Below are positions 1-9,848 of a DNA stretch of 64,000 bases, piece by piece. A program made the translations under genes and the position numbers. The stretch's first letter is position 1. Every line of letters starts with the position of its first letter. The stretch comes from an uncultured bacterium (GTDB lineage: Bacteria; Patescibacteriota; Microgenomatia; Levybacterales; UBA12049). The DNA lies in contig CAWGXL010000010.1 of the NCBI GenBank assembly GCA_963826535.1, forward strand, positions 426,814 through 490,813, written 5' to 3'. The notes under the pieces are model-generated. The model worked only from the letters and a program-made list of their open reading frames with translations, was not told where the DNA came from and searched no databases.

Positions 1-140
1 ATAAGCGAATATTCCAATAAAAAAGCTTCTTGATCAGGTGCGGCTAACTGTTGAAAAAAAACAAAAACAGTCAAAAAAATAAATAATAATGTAATAAATG
101 GAAATCTCCGCGCTCGTATCGAATCCGAAATAGGGAACAT
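1..140 (-). CDS. Rhomboid-family intramembrane protease, N-terminal part (runs off window)
   Basis: Manual translation MFPISDSIRARRFPFITLLFIFLTVFVFFQQL matches the typical MFPxxDxxxxxxFPxxT rhomboid N-terminus; not in the ORF track. Confidence 0.6.
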   Translation of the reverse strand, partial: MFPISDSIRARRFPFITLLFIFLTVFVFFQQLAAPDQEAFLLEYSL

Positions 141-252
141 AAATTAAATAATAAGCTTATTATACACATCAATTATCAAAATAGAGAAAGAAAACGATGA
201 GAAAGACCAATAATCCCTTGACATACTAATACACATCCAGTATTCTATATAT

Positions 253-425
253 ATTCTTTCGGGGAATTGTGTAAATCAAAATCGGTAGTAAATCCCGATC
301 TAATCGGGAAAACTCTACAAGTCGCCTAGGCGACAGGAACTGGTGAAAATCCGGTAGCGACCGTATAGTCGGGAGGTACGCTTAGCGTACTATTCCCCAG
401 CTCAGCTGGGGATGAAAGAAAGAAT
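253..425 (+). ncRNA. FMN riboswitch (RFN element), variant with insertions
   Basis: P1 ATTCTTTC/GAAAGAAT, GGGG junction, T-loop hairpins TTG-TGTAAAT-CAA and CTGG-TGAAAAT-CCGG, CGAC-CG-TATAGT-CG-GGA and TGAAAGAA; lies upstream of an ECF transporter next to riboflavin kinase. Confidence 0.85.
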
Positions 426-522
426 TAAATTATCTAATTTTTAAACCCTCAAATTAACTCAAAATTATATTGGGTTTAAATTAGAAATTGATCAATCAGG
501 TCAATTAGAAAAATTTATTGCA

Positions 523-541
523 CCCCGAAAGGGGTTTTTTT
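523..541 (+). terminator. Riboswitch expression-platform terminator
   Basis: CCCC-GAAA-GGGG + T7 directly before ATG 542; CCCCGAAAG is the reverse complement of aptamer CTTTCGGGG (256-264), so an antiterminator pairing is possible. Confidence 0.7.
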
Positions 542-1114
542 ATGAGTAAAACTAAATTAAAAACTCGTGAAATTGCAATAATAGCAGGTCTCGCTGCAGT
601 TTCAGCAGTAGTACAACTTATTCACATCGGATATCAATCACCTCAATGGGGGATGTGGATAGATATTGTAGGTGTAACTTGGGTAATCGGATTTTTACTA
701 TTCGGTTTACGAACTTCAGTCATAATTTCAATAGTCGGAGCAATTGTTATTACTCTATTTGCGCCTGAAACATGGCTAGGTGCAAGCATGAAATGGCTGG
801 CAAGTTTACCTATATTAATATTACTTGGAATATGGCTTATTAAAAAGAAAAAACCATTAAACCATTATAATTCACCTAAATACCTGATTATTCCTGTCTT
901 GCTTGGTATACTTATTCGATGCCTTATAATAATCCCGGTAAATTATTATTATGCGATTCCTATTTGGACAGGAATGAGTCCGGAAGTAGCTATGTCCACA
1001 ATTCCATGGTATATTATCGCTTTATTTAATATCATCCAAAGCATAATTGATGTCGCAATTGCCTGGATTCTGGTTTATAAATTCCGCCTAAATCGTTATG
1101 CAACTCACCCATAA
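542..1114 (+). CDS. ECF transporter S component, probably riboflavin-specific
   Basis: ~190 aa, multi-TM, IAIIAGLAAVSAV and FNIIQ motifs; under FMN riboswitch; ATG 542 preferred over TTG 518. Confidence 0.8.
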   Translation: MSKTKLKTREIAIIAGLAAVSAVVQLIHIGYQSPQWGMWIDIVGVTWVIGFLLFGLRTSVIISIVGAIVITLFAPETWLGASMKWLASLPILILLGIWLIKKKKPLNHYNSPKYLIIPVLLGILIRCLIIIPVNYYYAIPIWTGMSPEVAMSTIPWYIIALFNIIQSIIDVAIAWILVYKFRLNRYATHP

Positions 1115-1138
1115 AACTAAAACGTCCACCGGGCATTT

Positions 1139-1885
1139 ATGAAACAGGGGATATCCATTGAAAATGTATCTTTAAGCTACAATAAAAAATCGAATCAGTT
1201 GGAAAATATAAATCTCAATATTTCCAAAGGCACTTTTTTCGGTATTTCAGGCGTAAACGGATCAGGAAAAACGTCTTTTACACAACTTTTAAACGGCCTT
1301 ATTCCTCACGAGATTCACGGTAAACTAAAAGGGAATGTATACATTGATGGAATCAACACACGACATCACTCTGTAGCATTCTTCGCCAAAAAAATAGGCA
1401 TGCTTTTCCAAAATCCCGATTTTATGTTATTTAATCTAACGGTCTCAGAAGAAATTGCATTTGGTATAAAAAATCTTAAATTAACAAATCAATCTGAACG
1501 GATAATAAAAAGTCTTAATTGGGTTGGACTGGGCGGTTACGAAAAGCGCGATCCACAGACTTTATCGCTAGGAGAAAAACAAAAAGTTGCCCTTGCTAGC
1601 ATTTTAGCATTAGATACAGAATATATCGTACTCGATGAGCCAATTGCCATGCTGGATTACGCCGGTGCACTAAATCTATACAATCTATTACGAAATATTA
1701 ATTATAATAAAGGTATTACAATAATAGTAGTTGAACATGACACCGATTTCTTATTAGAATTTGCAAATGAAGTAGCAATTATTGACAAAGGGAAAATTAT
1801 GCTACATGGACCAACTAAGTCCGTATTTTCGAACAAATCAAAATTAAAAAAAATTGGTATAAAAATCCCGCAAATAATTAAATGA
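1139..1885 (+). CDS. ecfA: ECF transporter ATPase (A component)
   Basis: GVNGSGKT, LFQNPD, LSLGEKQK, LDEP motifs. Confidence 0.9.
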   Translation: MKQGISIENVSLSYNKKSNQLENINLNISKGTFFGISGVNGSGKTSFTQLLNGLIPHEIHGKLKGNVYIDGINTRHHSVAFFAKKIGMLFQNPDFMLFNLTVSEEIAFGIKNLKLTNQSERIIKSLNWVGLGGYEKRDPQTLSLGEKQKVALASILALDTEYIVLDEPIAMLDYAGALNLYNLLRNINYNKGITIIVVEHDTDFLLEFANEVAIIDKGKIMLHGPTKSVFSNKSKLKKIGIKIPQIIK

Positions 1886-2448
1886 AAAGAGCAATAACAA
1901 TTTTAAAAATTGGGTCTCTACTCATATTTAATTCCATTATATTTTTATACCATAACTATATTGTCCTACTAATATTATTTTTATTTTTTATAATATTTAT
2001 CGCTCTCATGAAAAAACCAATTTATCAAAGGTTGAACACAATTTTCCCTATTTTTTTATTGTGTATTTTATTCCAGGTTATTTTTAACTCTTCCATTTCA
2101 TTAAATGAAAGAGCGATACTTGGTTTTATCTTCGGACTTAGACTCACTTTAATTAGTCTGTCAGTATTCTTATTTCTCTCTATAACCTCCTTATTCGAAC
2201 TTACACAATTATTTTATTTCCTTCCACGTACTTGGTTGCTATTACTGATTATGACCTGGTATTTTATTCCGGGAATCATATCAGAAAGTGAAAAAATTAA
2301 ACAAATACAAAAATCACGCGGTCTTAATATACAAAGCTGGAACCCCTTTAAAAGTCTTGCTTCGCTAATTATTCCATTATTACATAGAGTTTTTCAGCGT
2401 TCGCAAACACTTTCACTCACATTATTATCCCGAGGATATGAAGAATAA
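1882..2448 (+). CDS. ecfT: ECF transporter T component
   Basis: Membrane protein with QKSRG and LLSRG motifs, overlapping the ATPase stop. Confidence 0.85.
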   Translation: MKRAITILKIGSLLIFNSIIFLYHNYIVLLILFLFFIIFIALMKKPIYQRLNTIFPIFLLCILFQVIFNSSISLNERAILGFIFGLRLTLISLSVFLFLSITSLFELTQLFYFLPRTWLLLLIMTWYFIPGIISESEKIKQIQKSRGLNIQSWNPFKSLASLIIPLLHRVFQRSQTLSLTLLSRGYEE

Positions 2449-2450
2449 AT

Positions 2451-2828
2451 TTACCACCCAATATTACGAAAATATTCCAATGCTACTTGCATATCTTTAT
2501 TCATCCGTTCAATCAACGCTTTCTCTGAATCAAAATCAAACTCTTCATTACCTCGAATCTTCTTCAAAAATTTAACGCTAACCCATTCCCCATAAATATC
2601 GCGGTTAAAATCAAAGATATATGTCTCAAACAAAATATCCGTTTCACCAAATGTTCGAGCCGCTCCCACAAAACTAACTGATTTAAATTTTCGCCCTTCA
2701 AATCTTGTCACAGAAACATAAATTCCCTCAGGAAATTGTTTATGTAAACGTAAATTAATCGTTGGAAACCCAAGAGATTTCCCCCTCTTTTTCCCTTGCA
2801 ACACCTTACCTCTAATCAAATAAAACAT
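2451..2828 (-). CDS. Stand-alone riboflavin kinase (RibF C-terminal domain only)
   Basis: GKKRGKSLGFPTIN, ETYIFDFNRDIYG, KIRG motifs; no FAD synthetase domain. Confidence 0.9.
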   Translation of the reverse strand: MFYLIRGKVLQGKKRGKSLGFPTINLRLHKQFPEGIYVSVTRFEGRKFKSVSFVGAARTFGETDILFETYIFDFNRDIYGEWVSVKFLKKIRGNEEFDFDSEKALIERMNKDMQVALEYFRNIGW

Positions 2829-2883
2829 AATATTTATGATATTTGATCTCTTAACTTTTAACTTTGAACTTTGAACTATTCTG

Positions 2884-2956
2884 TACCCCTGGAGGGAGTC
2901 GAACCCCCAACCGACTCGTTAGAACCGAGCTGCTCTATCCATTGAGCTACAGGGGC
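2884..2956 (-). tRNA. tRNA-Arg(TCT)
   Basis: GCCCCTG/CAGGGGT acceptor, GCTCG-GT-TCT-AA-CGAGT anticodon arm, GGTTCGACTC T-loop. Confidence 0.92.
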
Positions 2957-3132
2957 ATATCACTCATGCAGACTTCCCTTCCAACTCCGTTTCCCCTGAG
3001 TTAATCGGAGTATACTTTAGGAACATCTTCAAATTACGCGCGTAAACCTAAACCCTCAAACATTCTAACAAACCGATATGCGCAATTCAACCAAATCCAA
3101 AATCTTGCTATAATATTTAATATTGTGCAATC

Positions 3133-5286
3133 ATGAAAAAAATTATTAATTCTTCAAATTCACAGTCCTTAAAAATTCCGAATCATATTTATATATCATT
3201 TTCTATAAGTATTTTTTTAAGCTCTTTTTTACTTTTCCAGGTGCAGCCTATTATAAGCAAGTATATTTTACCCTGGTTTGGCGGATCTTCTGCTGTTTGG
3301 ATTACCGCAATACTATTTTTCCAAACACTTCTCCTCCTCGGCTATTTATATGTATTTTTGATCTCACGGTTACAATTAAAAAAACAAATAATTATTCACA
3401 TCTCTTTATTAGTTTTAATTACCTTTAATGTCTTATCGAATTTAAATAGCTCTCAAATACCCATCCTGCCAAATATAAAATCAGGATTGGGTAACAATTT
3501 TGCACCGCAATTTCAAGTACTATGGATACTTTTCATAGGTACGGGGCTCACTTACTTTATTCTGTCTACAACAAGTATACTTCTGCAAAAATGGTTCGGT
3601 GTCACTTATTATGGCAAGTCACCATATATTTTTTATTCTTTGTCTAATATCGCATCCCTTTTAGCTTTAATCAGTTACCCATTCCTTGTTGAGCCGTTCT
3701 TTCAACTAAAAACACAAGGTTTAACATGGTCCATAGGATTCTTAATATATAGCATATTTCTACTTGTCTGTTGTCTTCAAACATTTTCCACAACTTTAAA
3801 ATTAAAACAGAATTTAAGCAAAACTAAAAATAACCTTAAGGTAGTAAACAATATAAGCCGAAAAAAACTTTTTTTATGGATTTTGTTACCGGCCATTTCC
3901 TCCCTAATGCTTATGGCTACTACCAATTTACTAACTCAGTCAATCGCACCCATCCCATTCCTTTGGCTTTTGCCTTTGAGCATATATCTAATCTCGTTTA
4001 TTATCTGCTTCAGTGGAAAGAAATGGTATTTACGCAATCTATATGCATATATATCTCTTGTTACCGGTTTTTTATCTCTTGCGTTCATGTTTGGCAATAT
4101 CCCTTCTCTTCTGACCGGCCTGATCTTTTATAGCTTGATCCTTTTAAGCGCTTGCATGATCTGTCACGGAGAGCTGTATGCTCTCAGACCCGCGTCCATT
4201 CATTTAGATTTATATTATCTATTTATTGCCCTCGGGAGTGTCATAAGCGGAATACTGGTCGGTATAATTGCTCCATTGTTTTTCAAGGGAATTTGGGAAA
4301 CATATATAGGATTTTATCTTACATTTTTACTTACCGTTTGGGTATTAATCCATTATAAAGATTCAATTTTTTATAGGCACCTGCATTTTTTTGCCTATTC
4401 AGATAAGGAAGCATATATCTTTGCACTAATAGCCTACCCGCTCACTCTCATTGCAACTCCCTTGATGATGAATCTACTATCAGGAAGTAATCCAATCACA
4501 CAAAAAGTATGGAGAAATTTCTATGGTGTCCTAAGTGTAAAACACAAAAACGGCAATAATTTGACAACTCTCAATCACGGCAATATCATACATGGTGCCC
4601 AATTCACTGGAAATCTACAATTCGAACCGACAACATATTACGGTAAAAGAAGTGGTGTCGGGCTTGCCATTCTAAATCATCCAAAATACAGGAAAAGAAT
4701 TCACATTGGAATTATCGGACTGGGTACAGGAACTCTGGCCGCTTATGGGAAAAAAGGGGATTCGCTTTCATTTTATGAAATAAATCCTCAAGTTGTTGAA
4801 ATAGCCAAAAGCCAGTTTACATATCTAAAAAATTCTCCTTCAAAAATAAATATTGTATTGGGCGATGGTCGATTGTCATTAGAAAAAGAAGTGCAGGAAA
4901 ATAAAGAAAAATATGATTTACTGATTGTGGATGCTTTTAGTGATGATGCAATACCATTACATTTGCTGACAAATGAAGCTCTATCAGTCTATCTGAAACG
5001 ACTGAGCCGCCCCGACGGCATAATCGCATTTCATATCTCTAATCAGTATATAGATCTAAAACCGGTACTGGTCCAATTAGCAATAAAATACCATTTACAA
5101 CATGCTTTTATTAATTCTCCTGCTTCGAATATAAATATGGCATCGGAGTGGGCATTATTGACATACAATAAAAAAATCCTTGAAATTCCAGCAATAGCCA
5201 ACTATAAATATCCCGAAAATAAAAAATACAAAGAAATAAGTTTGTGGACAGACAATTACAGTAACCTCTTCCAAGTATTAAAATAA
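3133..5286 (+). CDS. Fused membrane / spermidine-synthase-like protein
   Basis: N-terminal multi-TM region (PWFGGSSAVW) then IGLGTGTL, YEINP, GDGR, DAFSDD, HISN, WTDNYS. Confidence 0.85.
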   Translation: MKKIINSSNSQSLKIPNHIYISFSISIFLSSFLLFQVQPIISKYILPWFGGSSAVWITAILFFQTLLLLGYLYVFLISRLQLKKQIIIHISLLVLITFNVLSNLNSSQIPILPNIKSGLGNNFAPQFQVLWILFIGTGLTYFILSTTSILLQKWFGVTYYGKSPYIFYSLSNIASLLALISYPFLVEPFFQLKTQGLTWSIGFLIYSIFLLVCCLQTFSTTLKLKQNLSKTKNNLKVVNNISRKKLFLWILLPAISSLMLMATTNLLTQSIAPIPFLWLLPLSIYLISFIICFSGKKWYLRNLYAYISLVTGFLSLAFMFGNIPSLLTGLIFYSLILLSACMICHGELYALRPASIHLDLYYLFIALGSVISGILVGIIAPLFFKGIWETYIGFYLTFLLTVWVLIHYKDSIFYRHLHFFAYSDKEAYIFALIAYPLTLIATPLMMNLLSGSNPITQKVWRNFYGVLSVKHKNGNNLTTLNHGNIIHGAQFTGNLQFEPTTYYGKRSGVGLAILNHPKYRKRIHIGIIGLGTGTLAAYGKKGDSLSFYEINPQVVEIAKSQFTYLKNSPSKINIVLGDGRLSLEKEVQENKEKYDLLIVDAFSDDAIPLHLLTNEALSVYLKRLSRPDGIIAFHISNQYIDLKPVLVQLAIKYHLQHAFINSPASNINMASEWALLTYNKKILEIPAIANYKYPENKKYKEISLWTDNYSNLFQVLK

Positions 5287-5366
5287 AGATAAGTACTTCT
5301 TCGAAGTCTGACGTTGATAATAAATTTTATTGACAAACTTAATATTACTCCAGTATAGTAATAAAG

Positions 5367-6359
5367 ATGATCCATCGTATTTTCAGATATTTACTAAAAA
5401 ACCAAGTACTATTTGCATTATTTATAGTCATTGCAGGATGGGTCTTATTACAAATTCGAGACATACTTCTTTCTGTTTTTCTCTCCTATATTATCGTGTC
5501 TGCTATATTACCCTCAGTAAAATTTTTACGGAGAAAAGGCGTCCCCAAACTACTGGCTGTGGTTATACCTTACTTTACAATGCTAGTTGCAATTTTTCTC
5601 CTCATACTACCATTAATTCCATTCATAATTTCTCAATTGCAGTCCTTAATACATAGATTTCCTCTCTATTTCAAACAAGCAAGCATCACACTCGGCCTCT
5701 CATTTGATTCTATCCAAATTCAATCTTATCTAACTAACGAATTAAACAATATTAGTAGAAATGCATTTACGTTAACCACGCAAGTCTTCGGCGGTCTATT
5801 CTCAATTATGATGATTTTAATAGTTAGTTTCTATTTACTACTATATTATGATGAATTTAAAAAATTTTTAGCAAACCTTTTCCCACATGATAATCGTATA
5901 TATGTACTTTCGACTATCGATAAAGTAAACCAAAAACTCGGAGCATGGCTTCGCGGTCAGGTTATACTTTGCTTGTTTATTGGATTATTATCCTGGATTT
6001 CTTTGACCGCCCTAGGAATCCCAAATGCATTACCGCTTGCCTTGCTTTCCGGTATTTTGGAAATAGTTCCAACCCTGGGACCAATTCTTTCAGCTATTCC
6101 GGCAGTTATAGTTGCTCTAACTATTTCGCCAACTTTAGGAATAACTGTCATTATCGTCTATATCCTCCTTCAACTCATTGAAAATAATTTCTTGGTACCC
6201 AAAGTTATGGAAAGAGCCGTAGGACTAAATCCTATCGTCGTGATTTTAGGAGTCCTGATCGGGGCTAATCTTATTGGTATTTCAGGTGCATTACTAGCTA
6301 TTCCATTGATCACATTCATACTCGTAATCATCAAAAGTCTAGAACAAAAACAACCATAA
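5367..6359 (+). CDS. AI-2E (PerM) family transporter
   Basis: WLRGQ, PTLGP, ENNFLVPKVM..AVGLNP motifs. Confidence 0.9.
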   Translation: MIHRIFRYLLKNQVLFALFIVIAGWVLLQIRDILLSVFLSYIIVSAILPSVKFLRRKGVPKLLAVVIPYFTMLVAIFLLILPLIPFIISQLQSLIHRFPLYFKQASITLGLSFDSIQIQSYLTNELNNISRNAFTLTTQVFGGLFSIMMILIVSFYLLLYYDEFKKFLANLFPHDNRIYVLSTIDKVNQKLGAWLRGQVILCLFIGLLSWISLTALGIPNALPLALLSGILEIVPTLGPILSAIPAVIVALTISPTLGITVIIVYILLQLIENNFLVPKVMERAVGLNPIVVILGVLIGANLIGISGALLAIPLITFILVIIKSLEQKQP

Positions 6360-6371
6360 GTACTCAAATTA

Positions 6372-6977
6372 TCAACTTCTTTTATGAGCAGTTAAAAGAG
6401 TCCATGGGAACGGATTCTTTATCCCTGTAACATAAAAGTATTGACCGGCAAGTACATTAATCCCACTACGAGACCAATGTTGAATATGCTCAATATCATT
6501 TCCCCAACGGGAAATATTTTTCCCACGCAAAAAATTTGCCAACATAAACCAAGGCTCAAAAGGCACTGATATAATGCAATTACTTTTTGTAACTCGTTCA
6601 AGTTCTGCAAGCGCTTTTTCCGGATGATCTATGTGTTCCAGCACTTCATTACAAATAACCAGATCAAATGAATTAGCTTTAAATGGAATGTCATAAATTG
6701 TGGCTTGTTGCAATTTCAGTTCAGGATGCAACCCTCGGCCAATCTGAATTGCATTCTCCAAAAAATCAATTCCTACCAGTTTTCGTCCTATTCCAACCTT
6801 ACGAAACCTCTCAAGTGTAAATCCTTCACCACAACCCACATCCAGAATTGACTGTGGATTCAACCGCTTTACCTCACCCAATAAAGTATTGAAAAAATTA
6901 TTAATTAGATACCTCTGTACAGGATTTTTAGTGGTATGTTTAATATAGTTATCGGTTACGAGCATACATCCAATCAT
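6372..6977 (-). CDS. Class I SAM-dependent methyltransferase
   Basis: LDVGCGEG, EVLEH motifs. Confidence 0.85.
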   Translation of the reverse strand: MIGCMLVTDNYIKHTTKNPVQRYLINNFFNTLLGEVKRLNPQSILDVGCGEGFTLERFRKVGIGRKLVGIDFLENAIQIGRGLHPELKLQQATIYDIPFKANSFDLVICNEVLEHIDHPEKALAELERVTKSNCIISVPFEPWFMLANFLRGKNISRWGNDIEHIQHWSRSGINVLAGQYFYVTGIKNPFPWTLLTAHKRS

Positions 6978-7033
6978 TTTACAAAAAATTCGATAAAATT
7001 AATAGGGTAATAATTTGTTAGAATAAAACTGTT

Positions 7034-8956
7034 ATGTTTGCTGCGTTGATTTTTACAATTTTTCCAACCATTCTTTTTTATCTCTTTTTCAATAAAATTA
7101 TAAAAAGCATTTTTCTAAAACTTTCCTTTTCTTGGTTTTGTGGTCAATTTATTATGGCAATTATAACTTTTCTGGTTGCAATAGTCATTTCGCATTTTAC
7201 ATCGAATATATTAGTAAAAGCTGAATTAATAACTCTTATTGCATTGACTATAATTTTACTTTTATTCAGCAAACGAGTTTTAAGTATAAATGAAAATATC
7301 AAATTAAATAAAACATTTTTATATAAAATTATCATTCTACTTTTTGTTTTCTCATTTTCTTACTTCTTTTACACACCACACTTGAAAATAAACAATGGAA
7401 TAATTTACACCAGTTATGCATATTGGGACTTCCAATGGCACGCGCCTTTAATTCAAAATTTCGTCTATGGTGACAATTTTCCTCCTCAAAATGAATCTTT
7501 TGCTGGAATGCCTCAAACATATCATTTTTTTTGGGGATTTCTTGTTTCTATTTATAATTCAATTGGCTTAGATCTGGTATATGCAATAAATTACTTCAGC
7601 ATTATCAGCCTCTTCTTCTTATTATTAGCTATTATTGGTTTATCTGAAGAATTATTGAAATCATTTACAGCCGGAATTCTGGCTGTACTCTTAAGTTTAA
7701 CCTCATCAAGCCTTCGTTTTATACATCATATATTATATTCCCAAAACGAAAATCTTATACATTCAATAAACAACATATTAACCAATTCTCTTCATCCATT
7801 CTTTTTTTCTTTTGTGCCTGGTAATCCATATGGATATAACGGAACAATATTTAACATGTTCTATTTTTTAGCAGAAAGGCAAATGGTTTTCGCAATAATA
7901 TTTTTATTATTCTCCGTCTGGGTAATTTATAAAAGAAGAAAAATATCATATAAATATCTCATAATAATTGGAGCTCTAATGGGTACATTTTTCTTGTGGC
8001 ATTTATATATTACAATCATGGCGCTTTGCGCAATTTTCTTTACTTTAGTAATAGATAAGGATAAAAAGAGAACATTTGTTTTATTTTCAACCTTTAGTAT
8101 TGTGTTTATCTTACACATTTTATACTTCAATGGCATCACCGACTCTATTTGGTTTCATCCGGATATAAAAACTTTTCCCAGATTCAATTTCAATTTTCCG
8201 ACAATGCCACATGAATACCCTTTAACAATTGCTAATACTTTAAATTATTATCTTTATGCTTACGGTTTTAAAATTATATTTCTAATATTTGGATTAATTT
8301 ACCTTTGGAAAAAAAATAAAAAAATTTTGTTTATTACGGCATCTTTGCTAATACCTACTTTTATCTTGGTTAATACTGTTCAACTATCGCCTTTATCTAT
8401 TTATGATAACCACAAATGGTTAAGACCTATGAATGTGATAGTTGATATAATTGCCGGTTTCGCACTTTTACGAATTTTTTTGTATAAAAAGAATGCTTTA
8501 TTTATCTCGACCGGAATATTCTCACTAATTCTCCTTACAACCTCAGGCTTTATAGAATTACCACCTTTTTTCAATTCAAATCAATACAATACATACGTTC
8601 AATCTCAATCACCCCTAATACACGCAATAAGAAAAGAAACTAATCCTGGGGACATTTTTTTAGCATATTCAAATAAAGAAATTCAAATAGCAGGTAGAAA
8701 AGTTTTTTTAGGTGACTATGCCGGACAAAACCTGGGACTGAGAAAAGATTTAAGAAAAAAGATAATTAAAAATATCTATACATCTGATAGTTTGGAAAAT
8801 TTTTGTTTTCTAACTCATAAACATAATATAGATTATGTTGAAGTTGATACCAGCCAATTAGACCAGGAAAAGGCTATAATATTTAAAGCCTTAGATGGAG
8901 AAAATAAACTACGATCTTATATCAATACCTCACAAACTTGCAGAACATCAAAGTAG
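7034..8956 (+). CDS. Polytopic membrane protein, GT-C-like
   Basis: Many TM segments; YWDFQWH, NFPPQN and YHF loop motifs typical of CPR envelope glycosylation proteins (inference). Confidence 0.55.
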   Translation: MFAALIFTIFPTILFYLFFNKIIKSIFLKLSFSWFCGQFIMAIITFLVAIVISHFTSNILVKAELITLIALTIILLLFSKRVLSINENIKLNKTFLYKIIILLFVFSFSYFFYTPHLKINNGIIYTSYAYWDFQWHAPLIQNFVYGDNFPPQNESFAGMPQTYHFFWGFLVSIYNSIGLDLVYAINYFSIISLFFLLLAIIGLSEELLKSFTAGILAVLLSLTSSSLRFIHHILYSQNENLIHSINNILTNSLHPFFFSFVPGNPYGYNGTIFNMFYFLAERQMVFAIIFLLFSVWVIYKRRKISYKYLIIIGALMGTFFLWHLYITIMALCAIFFTLVIDKDKKRTFVLFSTFSIVFILHILYFNGITDSIWFHPDIKTFPRFNFNFPTMPHEYPLTIANTLNYYLYAYGFKIIFLIFGLIYLWKKNKKILFITASLLIPTFILVNTVQLSPLSIYDNHKWLRPMNVIVDIIAGFALLRIFLYKKNALFISTGIFSLILLTTSGFIELPPFFNSNQYNTYVQSQSPLIHAIRKETNPGDIFLAYSNKEIQIAGRKVFLGDYAGQNLGLRKDLRKKIIKNIYTSDSLENFCFLTHKHNIDYVEVDTSQLDQEKAIIFKALDGENKLRSYINTSQTCRTSK

Positions 8957-9010
8957 TTTTTTGTTCTAAGTTCATTGTCCTGGGTTCAAAGTGCCCGCTA
9001 TACGGGCTTG

Positions 9011-9084
9011 TGCCAAGGACGTGAGTTCGAACACGTATATCATGTTCTTCAGACATGCGCCATGACCACCTAGGCTACCTTGGC
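9011..9084 (-). tRNA. tRNA-Phe(GAA)
   Basis: GCCAAGG/CCTTGGC acceptor, CATGT-CT-GAA-GA-ACATG anticodon arm. Confidence 0.9.
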
Positions 9085-9221
9085 ATATACACTGATTTAA
9101 ATGTGATAATCAATCACTTTATATCAGTTTGAATTGTAACAAATTACTCATAATTTGACAATAAAACGTATTTATAGTAAAATCTCAACAATTAACCAAC
9201 GGGGTTGGTTTTTTATTTTTT

Positions 9222-9845
9222 ATGATATTCGCAATCATGCCTATTTTGGCATCAGCGATTTTAATATCATCCCCAGCTCCCTCAAATTCTCTTCAAACTT
9301 CCGTTCTTGCTTCTTCTTCCTTTCTATACACGCCGGCAGAACCCGGAAATAAGGTCGTGGCTAAAATGGTTAATGAAAGCTCTATGTTAACTTTAAAAAC
9401 TCCTAAACCGGAAAAATCTGAAAAAATTGAAAATCAGCCTAAAAAACAATACATCCCCCCGGTTCAAACCGGGATAGTTATAAATAGCCCCCCACAATCA
9501 TCCTATGATGAAGTATACAAGGCCGCAGGGGCATTATATGGCGTTCCATGGCAAGTTCTATATGGTCTGCATATGACGGAAACAGGAGGCCGTAATGGTC
9601 CAATTAGCAGCGGGTACGGTACAGGCGCACAGGGACCGATGCAATTCATGCCTGGCACTTGGAGAGCTTATGGAGTTGATGGTGATGGAGATGGCCAATC
9701 TGATATAAATAACGCAGTTGATGCTATTCATGGCGCAGCTAATTATCTAGCAAAGCATGGCACATTAGAAGCAGGATTGCGTGCTTATGGTGGAAATTAC
9801 GCAGGAACTTTATCTCTTGCTCAGGCAAAAGGATTCACCCTCTAA
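9222..9845 (+). CDS. Lytic transglycosylase (SLT domain) protein
   Basis: Catalytic ET (HMTETG), GAQGPMQFMPGTW, DGDGDG, AANYL. Confidence 0.88.
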   Translation: MIFAIMPILASAILISSPAPSNSLQTSVLASSSFLYTPAEPGNKVVAKMVNESSMLTLKTPKPEKSEKIENQPKKQYIPPVQTGIVINSPPQSSYDEVYKAAGALYGVPWQVLYGLHMTETGGRNGPISSGYGTGAQGPMQFMPGTWRAYGVDGDGDGQSDINNAVDAIHGAANYLAKHGTLEAGLRAYGGNYAGTLSLAQAKGFTL

Positions 9846-9848
9846 TTC

